Positions 49,150-57,997 of a stretch of DNA of 64,000 nt are shown here, in pieces (position 1 is the stretch's first letter; each line of letters begins with the position of its first letter). A model generated the notes under the pieces. It was not told the origin of the DNA. It searched no databases and worked only from the letters and a program-made list of their open reading frames with translations. Position numbers and translations under genes: made by a program. Location of the stretch: positions 640,001-704,000 of the forward strand of contig CAXXFV010000016.1 in the NCBI GenBank assembly GCA_963674595.2, given 5' to 3'. The stretch is from a bacterium (GTDB lineage: Bacteria > Zhuqueibacterota > Zhuqueibacteria > Residuimicrobiales > Krinioviventaceae).

Positions 49150-50370
49150 GTGGAAAAGCTGAAAAATATTTTCAAGACCATAGGTCCCGGTTTTATTATA
49201 GCATCCGTTGTTTTGGGCCCGGGAAGTATTGCCACATCTTCAAAAATTGGTGCGGCGCATGGATATAGTCTATTATGGGTCCTTGTTTTTGCTGCGATAG
49301 GAATGGGGATTTATACAACAATGTCAGCCCGTTTTGGGGTAACACATGATCGTTCTATTTTAAACACGATTGCCGATACCTATGGCCGCTGGTTTTCAAT
49401 TTTAATTGGAATTTCTGCCTTTTTAGCTGCCACCAGTTTTCAGTTTGGTAATAATATTGGTGTCGCCACCGCACTAAACGCTTTAACCGGTGTTCCGGAG
49501 CCCGTATGGCCCCTGATTTTTACTCCATTTGCTATCATTTTGGTTTTTTGGGCAAAAAATTTGTTCAAAGTTTTAGAAAAAATGATGATGATACTCGTCA
49601 TGATTATGATTTTGGCTTTTTTAATAAATCTTGTTTTTGCCAAACCGGATTTAGGTGCTGCTGCCAAGGGCCTGGTTCCTTTTTCATGGCCTGAAAATGC
49701 TCTCAATGAGCTTGCTGCGTTGGTGGCTACAACATTTGTTCTGCATGCTTGTTTGTATCAATCTTATCTGGTACAAAATAAAGGATGGAAAATTGCCGAC
49801 TTGAAAAAGGGCGTGCGTGATTCTGTTTCCGGTATTGTTATGCTTGCAGGAATTACAACCCTGGTCATTATGACCTCTGCTGCTGCTCTTCATCCAAAGG
49901 GCATTATGGTCAGGTCTGCGGCTGATATGGCCATACAGTTGGAGGCCCTTTTTGGCGTGTTTGCAAAATACATTTTCAGCATTGGACTTTGGTCTGCCGC
50001 TTTTTCTTCGCTTGTTGTAAATTCGATAATGGGCGGTGGATTGTTGGCAGATGGTTTTGGATTGGGGCGAACCATGCAGGACAAGGCCCCGAAAGCTTTC
50101 ACCGTATTATCTATGCTTATTGGAATGATTATAGCCGTGTTTTTTCGCGGTGATATTGTTTATGCGTTGATTTTGGCACAGGCTTCGTCTCTTTTAGCTG
50201 TACCGGCAATCGGAATTGGATTGTTTTTGCTGCTTAATAATAAAAAGGTGATGGGGAAATATGCCAATTCATGGTGGCATAATCTGTTGGCGATATTAGG
50301 CCTTTTATTGATAATGATTATGGTTTACCGGATGTATCATTTTTTAATTACGTCACTATCAAATTTATAA
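49150..50370 (+). CDS. Nramp-family (YcsG-like) divalent metal transporter
   Basis: IGPGFIIASVVLGPGS, G..HGYSLLW, FQFGN, AAFSS; about 11 TM. Confidence 0.85.
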   Translation: MEKLKNIFKTIGPGFIIASVVLGPGSIATSSKIGAAHGYSLLWVLVFAAIGMGIYTTMSARFGVTHDRSILNTIADTYGRWFSILIGISAFLAATSFQFGNNIGVATALNALTGVPEPVWPLIFTPFAIILVFWAKNLFKVLEKMMMILVMIMILAFLINLVFAKPDLGAAAKGLVPFSWPENALNELAALVATTFVLHACLYQSYLVQNKGWKIADLKKGVRDSVSGIVMLAGITTLVIMTSAAALHPKGIMVRSAADMAIQLEALFGVFAKYIFSIGLWSAAFSSLVVNSIMGGGLLADGFGLGRTMQDKAPKAFTVLSMLIGMIIAVFFRGDIVYALILAQASSLLAVPAIGIGLFLLLNNKKVMGKYANSWWHNLLAILGLLLIMIMVYRMYHFLITSLSNL

Positions 50371-51953
50371 AAAGACCTATTATTTGTGCACAAATTATAA
50401 CGCATACCAGTGCAACGGGATAAACGGTAGCATAGGCGATTTGCGGGGCGTTACAGTCCGTTAACGGATCAATAGCCGCAAGACCTGGTGTGCTGGTCAT
50501 GCCGCCGGTAATGGTACCCAGTAACGTCAGAAAATTGAGTTTAAATATTTTTTGTCCCAGAAAACATGCGGCACCCATGGGGATAACCGTTATAAATGCG
50601 CCGATAAAAAACAGCTTTGGTCCGAATTGTTGATAAGTTGATGATATGTGCGAACCGGCTTCCGTGCCGACGGCGGTAAGAAAGAAAAGCAGTCCGAGAG
50701 ACCGCAATAACTGGTTTGCCGGTCCGGACATGGTCCAGATAACAGGTCCGGTTTTGCCGATTCTGCTGAGAATAAGTGCAGTAGCCAGAACGCCGCCTGT
50801 CAATCCCAGAGAAAAATTGAATCCTGCAAATGGTAAGCTTAATTTGCCAACGATTACTCCCAAAACAATTCCCAAAGCTATGGGTAAAAAATCAGTCTCT
50901 GAAAGACGTTTATCATTATTTCCCAAAAGTTCAATGACCTGTTTCATATTTTCTTTGTTACAGGCAACCATCAGTTTGTCACCAAAACGTATTTGATTGT
51001 TGGGGTTTGGTGCGATATCTATACCGCTACGTCTGATTCTTGTTACCGTCGCATTGTAATTTTCCAATAAATGTAAACTCTGCAATGTGGAATTGGAAAC
51101 TTTTTTATTGGAAACCAGAATCCATTGAACATCATATTCTTCTGATAAGGGTATTTCTTTCTCAGATGGTGATCCTACCAGAAATTTAAAACGTTCCAAA
51201 GCTTGCTCGGAACCGACCGCTTTAACAAAATCTCCCAGTTGTAATGTGGTATTGGGATTGGGTGTTATTGCCGTTTCATCATGCATAATTCGTGAAATGG
51301 TTGCACCTGTCATGGTGCGGATATGAAGTTCACCGATTGTTTTATTGTGTATGTTTTGATTTTCGACAATAAAGTTTTGGTTAATAATATCCGGATACTT
51401 TTGTTTTGATAAGTTCAGGTAGGCTGTTTTGGCCTCTTTCAGGTCAACTTTGATTAAACGAGGTAATAATCGGACAAAGAGAATAACACCAATTACCCCA
51501 AAGGGGTAGGCTATTCCATAACCAATAGATGCAAGGGGAGAATTTGTACTTTCAATTGCGGCTGCAAGGCCCGGTGTACTTGTTAAAGCGCCGGTAAAAA
51601 GTCCGACAGCAATTTTGGGATCAATATTAAATATTGTTCCCAAAAGGACCGTTATAAACGCACCACAAAATATGATACATATTGTTGTTAAAATAAGATG
51701 AAGACCCTGCTTATGAAAGGAATCAAAAAAAACCGGGTCCGGCTTGTATGCCGATGGTAAAAATAAAAAGAACAGAGCCAATTTGTCTGAAATCGGCTGG
51801 AATTTTTACACCCCAATGCCCTAATAAAAGGGCCACAAAGATAACGGCTGATATATCAAGCGAGATACCTTTGATTTTTATATGGCCTATTATAATGCCA
51901 AGAGCAATAATAAAAAAAAGTGCAAAATAGTGTTGTGAAAATAGCTGTTGCAT
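50348..51953 (-). pseudogene. AspT/YidE/YbjL family transporter with two TrkA-C domains, frameshifted in a T8 run
   Basis: N-part LFIFTIGIQAGPGFF* continues in another frame as DSFHKQG...GALTSTPGLAAA...YPFG...GGMTSTPGL. Removing one T of the minus-strand T8 (51725-51732) restores one ORF. Confidence 0.8.
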
Positions 51954-52037
51954 AAATTTCCTTAGATTATCACCTAATTTAAATAAAACAGATGATTTTT
52001 CAAATAAATTTATCTTGGAAATTAATTTAAATATTAC

Positions 52038-52059
52038 TATATTCGCATATCCGAATATA
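52038..52059. promoter_or_regulatory. Putative ArsR operator
   Basis: Perfect inverted repeat tatattcg-catatc-cgaatata just upstream of the arsR RBS. Confidence 0.65.
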
Positions 52060-52074
52060 CGAAAGAAGGAATAT

Positions 52075-52452
52075 ATGAAAGAAATAGTCAAATTATTTAA
52101 AGCTTTATCCGATGAATCACGATTGCGAATATTAAATCTTGTTTTTCATGTGAATGAATTATGTGTTTGTGATATCCAGCGTGTTCTCGGATTTACCCAA
52201 ACCAAAGTTTCGCGGCATTTATCATATTTAAAAAATGCCGGTATTTTGGAAGACGAGCGAAACGGAGGGTGGATCCTTTACCGTTTGAACAAAACAAACA
52301 ATCCAATGCGGGAAGAACTTTATCAGCATCTTAAAAAGATGTTTGAAACAGAACAGGTTTTACAGGACGATATTAAAGTTTTAAACGATAGTGTTAACAA
52401 GGGGCAATGTGTATCGATAAGTGTTTTACCAATTCATAAAGTAAGCGAGTAA
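52075..52452 (+). CDS. arsR: ArsR/SmtB family repressor
   Basis: FKALSDESRLRIL, As(III)-binding ELCVCD box, VSRHL..LK.AG. Confidence 0.9.
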   Translation: MKEIVKLFKALSDESRLRILNLVFHVNELCVCDIQRVLGFTQTKVSRHLSYLKNAGILEDERNGGWILYRLNKTNNPMREELYQHLKKMFETEQVLQDDIKVLNDSVNKGQCVSISVLPIHKVSE

Positions 52453-52455
52453 AAA

Positions 52456-53745
52456 ATGAAAAAAACAGAGATTAAAACATTTATTTGGTTCATTGCCATA
52501 TTTATTGCCGTCTATTTTATGCCGGCCGGAAAGCCCGTGTTCACTCAGGCTATATCCGAAGCTTTTATTTTGTTAAAATGGTATGCGCGAGAGCATGTTT
52601 TGTTGTGCCTGGTACCGGCGTTTTTTATCGCCGGATTTATCAGTGTTTTTATCAGTCAGGCTTCTGTCATTAAATATTTTGGAGCACAGGCAAAAAAATG
52701 GCTGGCTTATACAGTCGCATCGGTTTCCGGAGCTGTTTTGGCGGTTTGTTCCTGTACGATTTTACCACTGTTCAGTGGGATTTATAAACGCGGAGCCGGA
52801 CTTGGTCCCGCCATTGCATTTTTGTATGCCGGTCCGGCTATTAATATTCTTGCGATTATTTTAACGGCCCGTATTTTAGGATTTGAATTGGGTGTTGCCA
52901 GGGTAATCGGTGCGGTGCTGTTCAGCATTGTAATCGGCATTTTAATGGATTTTATATATAGAAAAGAACAAAAGGAAAAATCACAGAATAATTTCGCAGT
53001 GATAGATGCTCAACAGTCTTATTCTTTTAAAAGAATTGTTTTTTTGTTTTTTACATTGGTAGGTATTTTAGTTATTGTCAATTGGGGAAAAACGAATTCT
53101 AATGAAGGCATTTGGTTTTTTATCTATGCCAATAAATGGCTATTCACAGGTTTATTATCGCTGCTTTTGGCCGGGTCTTTGGTTGTCATTTTAAAAATTC
53201 GCACCGTATATGTATTGGCGGGTGTGCTTTTGACCGGTTTGGTCGCTGTTATTTTTAAAAATCATTTATTGACTTTTATAACAGGGGTGACAATTTTTAG
53301 TATTTTATTGTCATTTAAGCAGGATGATTCAAAAGAGTGGCTGTCATCGACCTGGGGTTTTACCAAACAGATTTTACCTTTATTGGCCTCGGGAATTTTG
53401 GTTGCGGGTGTATTGCTGGGTTCACCGGGTGGACACGGGTTGATTCCTGAAAACTGGATAGCCAATATAGTCGGCGGCAACTCGGTTCAGTCTAATTTCT
53501 TTGCGTCCATTGTTGGTGCTTTTATGTATTTTGCTACGCTGACGGAGGTACCTATTGTTCAGGGCCTTATCGCCAGCGGAATGGGTAAAGGCCCGGCACT
53601 GGCCCTTCTTCTTGCCGGACCGGCATTATCCTTGCCAAATATGCTGGTTATTCGCAGTGTTATCGGTTTGAAAAAAACAATTGTTTTTGTGTCGCTGGTC
53701 GTCATTATGGCCACCATCAGCGGATTAATATTCGGCAGTCTTTAA
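52456..53745 (+). CDS. arsP: ArsP/DUF318 family permease
   Basis: REHVLLCLVPAFFIAG, LAVCSCTILP, FLYAGPAIN, MYFATLTEVP, LLAGPALSLP. Confidence 0.85.
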   Translation: MKKTEIKTFIWFIAIFIAVYFMPAGKPVFTQAISEAFILLKWYAREHVLLCLVPAFFIAGFISVFISQASVIKYFGAQAKKWLAYTVASVSGAVLAVCSCTILPLFSGIYKRGAGLGPAIAFLYAGPAINILAIILTARILGFELGVARVIGAVLFSIVIGILMDFIYRKEQKEKSQNNFAVIDAQQSYSFKRIVFLFFTLVGILVIVNWGKTNSNEGIWFFIYANKWLFTGLLSLLLAGSLVVILKIRTVYVLAGVLLTGLVAVIFKNHLLTFITGVTIFSILLSFKQDDSKEWLSSTWGFTKQILPLLASGILVAGVLLGSPGGHGLIPENWIANIVGGNSVQSNFFASIVGAFMYFATLTEVPIVQGLIASGMGKGPALALLLAGPALSLPNMLVIRSVIGLKKTIVFVSLVVIMATISGLIFGSL

Positions 53746-53758
53746 TTTGGGTGTTTAT

Positions 53759-54193
53759 ATGAAAAATGTGAATATTTTAATACTTTGTACCGGGAACAGT
53801 TGTCGCAGTCAAATGGCGGAAGGATACCTGAAATCATTGAATGATCGTTTAAATGTTTTTTCCGCCGGGACCCATCCAGCCGAACAGGTTCATCCCATGG
53901 CTGTTAAGGTTATGAAGGAAATTGGAATTGATCTATCAGGTCACTCTCCTGAAAATGTTTCCCGATATCTTGATTCTGATTTCGACTTTGTTATTACGGT
54001 TTGTGACCATGCAAAGGAAACATGTCCTGTTTTTATCGGTAAAGTTGACCAACAGCTCCATTTAGGATTTGAAGACCCGGCTAAAGTGAGAGGAACAGAG
54101 GAGGAAATTTTAAAAGCTTTCCGCCAGGTTCGTGATGAAATTCAAAATGTGTTTTTAAATTTTTATAAAGAAAAACTGGAAAATTTAAAATAA
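53759..54193 (+). CDS. arsC: Thioredoxin-coupled (LMW-PTP type) arsenate reductase
   Basis: CTGNSCRSQMAE, ITVC...CP, FEDPA, FRQVRDEI. Confidence 0.92.
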   Translation: MKNVNILILCTGNSCRSQMAEGYLKSLNDRLNVFSAGTHPAEQVHPMAVKVMKEIGIDLSGHSPENVSRYLDSDFDFVITVCDHAKETCPVFIGKVDQQLHLGFEDPAKVRGTEEEILKAFRQVRDEIQNVFLNFYKEKLENLK

Positions 54194-54220
54194 TTTTAAC
54201 TAAATATAAAGGAACATGAA

Positions 54221-54451
54221 ATGAATGTTAAAGTTTTAGGTTCAGGTTGCCGAAAATGTGCGGAACTGGCGGAAAAAGTTCAGCAAGTTGCCCTGCAAAA
54301 TAATATTGAGATAAACCTTGAAAAAGTTACTGACTTGAATGATATTATAGGTTATGGCGTGATGTTGACGCCCGGTTTGGTTGTAAATGATGTTGTCAAA
54401 AGCAGTGGTAAATTACCGACAGAAGAACAGATATTGGAATGGATTAAATAA
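54221..54451 (+). CDS. Small redox-active disulfide protein (MTH895/ArsE family)
   Basis: KVLGSGCRKC...YGVMLTPGLVVN...GKLP. Confidence 0.9.
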   Translation: MNVKVLGSGCRKCAELAEKVQQVALQNNIEINLEKVTDLNDIIGYGVMLTPGLVVNDVVKSSGKLPTEEQILEWIK

Positions 54452-54468
54452 TAACCGATGGAGGAAAA

Positions 54469-54870
54469 ATGAGACAACTTTTAGGGACTTTAATAATTGG
54501 CGTTTTGTTAACGTTTGGGTGCTCTGACAAACCAAAACAAGAAACCGTAAAACAGGATGTGGCTCAGGATAAAATTGCTGCAAAAATTACGTTCCTGGAA
54601 TTCGGCGCCAACAAATGTGTGGCCTGTAAAAAAATGAAGCCTGTAATGGAAGCTGTAAAAAGCAACTATGGAGACCAGGTGGATGTTGTGTTTCATGATG
54701 TTTGGCAAAATAAAGAGATTGCCGAACAATACAATATCCAACGCATCCCGACTCAGGTGTTTTTGGATAAGGACGGGAAAGAATTTCATCGGCATGAGGG
54801 TTATTATGTCATTGAAGATATTGATAAATTATTGTCTGAACGTGGTTTGACGAAAAAATCATCGAGTTAG
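54469..54870 (+). CDS. Thioredoxin-family lipoprotein
   Basis: Lipobox LTFGC; EFGANKCVACKKM; IPTQVF...FHRHEG. Confidence 0.88.
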   Translation: MRQLLGTLIIGVLLTFGCSDKPKQETVKQDVAQDKIAAKITFLEFGANKCVACKKMKPVMEAVKSNYGDQVDVVFHDVWQNKEIAEQYNIQRIPTQVFLDKDGKEFHRHEGYYVIEDIDKLLSERGLTKKSSS

Positions 54871-54872
54871 AT

Positions 54873-55559
54873 GTGATTGATGGATTATTTGCTGTTTTAG
54901 ATTCTGCATTAAACAAGTCACCAATTTGGGCCATAGCCGGAGCTTTTGGATGGGGGCTTTTAAGTATCCTTTTAAGCCCTTGTCATTTGTCTGCCATCCC
55001 TCTGGTAACCGGATATATTTTAAAAAACAATTCCAGGGATCGGTCTGCAACCATTATTTCAATTATATTTTCCGGGGGCATTTTGTTATCCATAGCTGTC
55101 GCCGGTTTATTAACGATTGCAATGGGACGAATTATGGGGGACATTGGTTTAATCGGAAAAATACTGGTGGCTGTTTTTTTAATTTTTGTCGGTATTTATT
55201 TAATGGATGTTTTTCGGCTAAACTGGCAGTTACCTGTTGGTAAAATAAAAATTTCCGGTTTATGGGGCGCCTTTATTGTCGGACTTGTTTTCGGATTGGG
55301 GTTGGGGCCTTGTACTTTTGCTTTTATGGCGCCGGTGTTATCCATTGTTTTTGCCGTTGCTCATTCTAATATATTAAAAGCAGTTTACCTGGTTATTGCC
55401 TTTTCTGTAGGGCATTGTATTCTTATTGTTTTTGCAGGAGTGCTGTTGAACAAAGTCCAGGCCTATTTAAATTGGACAAATAATAATGCTGTTTTTAAAT
55501 GGAGCAAAAAGATCTGCGGCGTTTTGGTTATAATGGCAGCAATTTATGTGCTTTTATAA
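54873..55559 (+). CDS. CcdA/DsbD-beta transmembrane electron carrier
   Basis: LSPCHL and LGPCT cysteine motifs; about 6 TM. Confidence 0.88.
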   Translation: MIDGLFAVLDSALNKSPIWAIAGAFGWGLLSILLSPCHLSAIPLVTGYILKNNSRDRSATIISIIFSGGILLSIAVAGLLTIAMGRIMGDIGLIGKILVAVFLIFVGIYLMDVFRLNWQLPVGKIKISGLWGAFIVGLVFGLGLGPCTFAFMAPVLSIVFAVAHSNILKAVYLVIAFSVGHCILIVFAGVLLNKVQAYLNWTNNNAVFKWSKKICGVLVIMAAIYVLL

Positions 55560-55607
55560 TATATCTGATTTTTGTATTTTAACGATTATACAAGAATAAG
55601 GGATTGA

Positions 55608-56159
55608 TTGATGAAATACAAAGCGATTATTTTTGAAGCTGTTGCTGTTGTTGGAATTTCCTGTATCATTGGTTTGGTGGTTAACTTTTTTCACCCGGAA
55701 GGTGTTAAAATCGGCTTGCAGCGTCCCAAACCGGTTTATGCGGTTGATTCTGTTTTGACAACAGAACTACCCACTGTAAGCATCAATGACAAATCAAAAA
55801 GTGAACCGCCTGTCGATATGCAGGGTGAAATTATGATTGATACCCAACAGGTCATAAAACTGATGCAGGCAAAGCAGGCTGTGTTGCTTGATGCCAGGAA
55901 CCCGGATGATTTTAAAGAGAACCATCTTGACGGATCGATCAATTTGCCCTTTCATGAACTAGAGGCTTGGCAGCCGCAAATTGATGCTTTGACAAAGGAA
56001 AAATGGCTGATATGCTACTGTGACGGTCCGCCGTGTGATTTGGGTGAAATGCTTGCCTTTGAGCTTATGGATAGAGGTTTTAATAAAGTATTGATATATC
56101 AGGGCGGGCTGAATGCCTGGAATGAATTCCATTCTTTGGATAAAGCAAATGGGGAATAA
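55608..56159 (+). CDS. Membrane-anchored rhodanese-like protein
   Basis: N-terminal TM; LLDAR...HLDGSINLP; CYCDGPPC; YQGGLNAW. Confidence 0.85.
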   Translation: MMKYKAIIFEAVAVVGISCIIGLVVNFFHPEGVKIGLQRPKPVYAVDSVLTTELPTVSINDKSKSEPPVDMQGEIMIDTQQVIKLMQAKQAVLLDARNPDDFKENHLDGSINLPFHELEAWQPQIDALTKEKWLICYCDGPPCDLGEMLAFELMDRGFNKVLIYQGGLNAWNEFHSLDKANGE

Positions 56160-56628
56160 CAGAATGATAAAAAAGACTGTATTACTCGTATTACGAATCG
56201 TTCTTGCCGGTGTGTTTATTTTTGCCGGTGCCGGAAAAATAGTCCATCCGTCAAAATTTGCTGATCAAATAGATAATTACCGGATGCTGCCCTATTTGGG
56301 GGTAACATTTATGGCAGTTGTTTTACCGTGGTTGGAAGTTATGTGCGGTTTGTTGCTGATATGGGGAAAATGGCTGCGGGGCGTTTTGTTGGCGTTGTCA
56401 GGATTAAATATCGTCTTTATTATAGCTATTTTAACGGCGCTTATTCGCGGTTTGGACATCAGTTGTGGATGTTTTGCTTTGCCCGGAGAAGCAGCCAGGG
56501 TCGGCATCCCCCGTTTGGTGGAGGATATTATTCTTTTGGCTATATCATTATTTTTGTTCTACTACTATGCCTGGAAAAATCAACAATCAAATTCAAAGGA
56601 TGGGGCTAAAGTACCAGATGCTGCATAA
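56149..56628 (+). CDS. MauE/DoxX family membrane protein
   Basis: LRIVLAGVFIFAG.GKI..P..F; LPWLE; RGLDISCGCF. Start could be 56149 or 56164. Confidence 0.88.
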   Translation: MGNNRMIKKTVLLVLRIVLAGVFIFAGAGKIVHPSKFADQIDNYRMLPYLGVTFMAVVLPWLEVMCGLLLIWGKWLRGVLLALSGLNIVFIIAILTALIRGLDISCGCFALPGEAARVGIPRLVEDIILLAISLFLFYYYAWKNQQSNSKDGAKVPDAA

Positions 56629-57973
56629 ATTCTGAGATCGGGTGTTTTGATTTTCCAAGTTCCATGGTTTTATCGATAATAAGCTGCTGTTTGTTCGTTG
56701 GTAAAATTTCGGCATTTGCCTTAAATTTTTTTATGACTTGTTCATCGGTCATGGGGTCTTCGGGACTTCCTTTGGCCGCGTCTGTGGTTTCCGTAAATTT
56801 TTCGTTTTTTATTGTTACAATTTCGACGATCGCTCTTTTAGTGGCCGGAAACAGGGCGTCAATTTCAGGATCGGCAATGACTTTGATTTTATCCAGCATT
56901 TGATGGATGTGCGGATCTTTGATTTTTTCAGCCGTAAAGGATGACGGCAGAACATTTCCATCGACCAGGGCAGCGGCAATGCAGTAGGGAAGGCTATGGT
57001 CGGCTGTTTCTTTTGTTGTCGGGTGATATTTGCTGGGATCTGATAAAATATCCGCACCACGGGTGGTTGTTTTCACCAAAACGCTTTTTATGTTGTCATG
57101 GGTCAGGTGGTGTTTATTTCGCAGATTTAATGCGGCTGTAATCGGCTGATGGGTCAACGCTTCTGTCGGGAAGGGTTTATATCCGCATTCCGTAATTAAA
57201 AATTCAGTTCCCAACCCGTTTAATAACGTTTCGGTTGACCATTTCACATTATTGATGACCTCGTACAATCCTTCTTTTCCCTCAATGACCTCCACAGGAC
57301 CGGTATAGTTTTCCATCGCCAACAGTGCGGCACGAACACCTGCTTCAGTTGCCATGGGATCAGCCGTGTTTTTCATATTAGTTAGGTGACCGGCAACAAC
57401 ACCGCCCAAAGTTAAGTGACTGCTGCCGCTGATACCTGCTGCTGCCACTGTCTGTTCCTGGTTCAGGTCCAGCATTCTGGCGGCAACAAAAGGGGACACA
57501 AATTGCGTCAGGGTTGCATGGTGCCAGCCAATTTCTCTTATTCCGGGCGTGGCCGCCAGACACCACCGCATTTCCAGTTCATAGGCAATGACGATTCCGG
57601 TGAGTAAATCCTGCACATTTTTTGAGGCTTTTTCACCGGCTGCCATAGCCGCCGGAATAATATCCGAAGGATGGCTGGGATCCTGTTTCCAGTAAATATC
57701 GTTATAGTCCAACGCACGTATATACAAGGCGTTCATTAATGCTGCATTGGGAGCGTTTGTTTTCAGACCGCTGCCTATTATGGTTGCGTCCGGTGTGCCG
57801 CCCAGGTTTTTAACATATTGAAAGGCTGCTTTCATGTCCGGAGTTTCCAGTGCCGCAAATGCGCAGCCCAGGCTGTCTAATAAAAAACGGCGGGCTTCGT
57901 GTAATGATTCTTGAGGAATTTCATCATAATCAAGTGATAATGCAAATCGGGCCATTTCCTGTGTAATACTCAT
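56606..57973 (-). CDS. MmgE/PrpD family protein (2-methylcitrate dehydratase-like)
   Basis: LDSLGC, RALDYND, HPSD, GWHH, KPFP.E, ADHSLPY, KGSPEDP. Confidence 0.9.
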   Translation of the reverse strand: MSITQEMARFALSLDYDEIPQESLHEARRFLLDSLGCAFAALETPDMKAAFQYVKNLGGTPDATIIGSGLKTNAPNAALMNALYIRALDYNDIYWKQDPSHPSDIIPAAMAAGEKASKNVQDLLTGIVIAYELEMRWCLAATPGIREIGWHHATLTQFVSPFVAARMLDLNQEQTVAAAGISGSSHLTLGGVVAGHLTNMKNTADPMATEAGVRAALLAMENYTGPVEVIEGKEGLYEVINNVKWSTETLLNGLGTEFLITECGYKPFPTEALTHQPITAALNLRNKHHLTHDNIKSVLVKTTTRGADILSDPSKYHPTTKETADHSLPYCIAAALVDGNVLPSSFTAEKIKDPHIHQMLDKIKVIADPEIDALFPATKRAIVEIVTIKNEKFTETTDAAKGSPEDPMTDEQVIKKFKANAEILPTNKQQLIIDKTMELGKSKHPISEFMQHLVL

Positions 57974-57997
57974 GACACAACCTCATTTTTAAAAATA

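Noticed and set aside
51723-51725. In-frame TGA as possible selenocysteine
   Set aside because: The protein continues in a different frame, so this is a frameshift and not readthrough. No Sec-type UGA was seen in the redox genes.
50348-56628. Two convergent gene overlaps of 23 bp each bounding the YidE-ars block, as possible mobile-element ends
   Set aside because: No shared sequence, direct repeats, integrase or transposase; the equal length looks coincidental.
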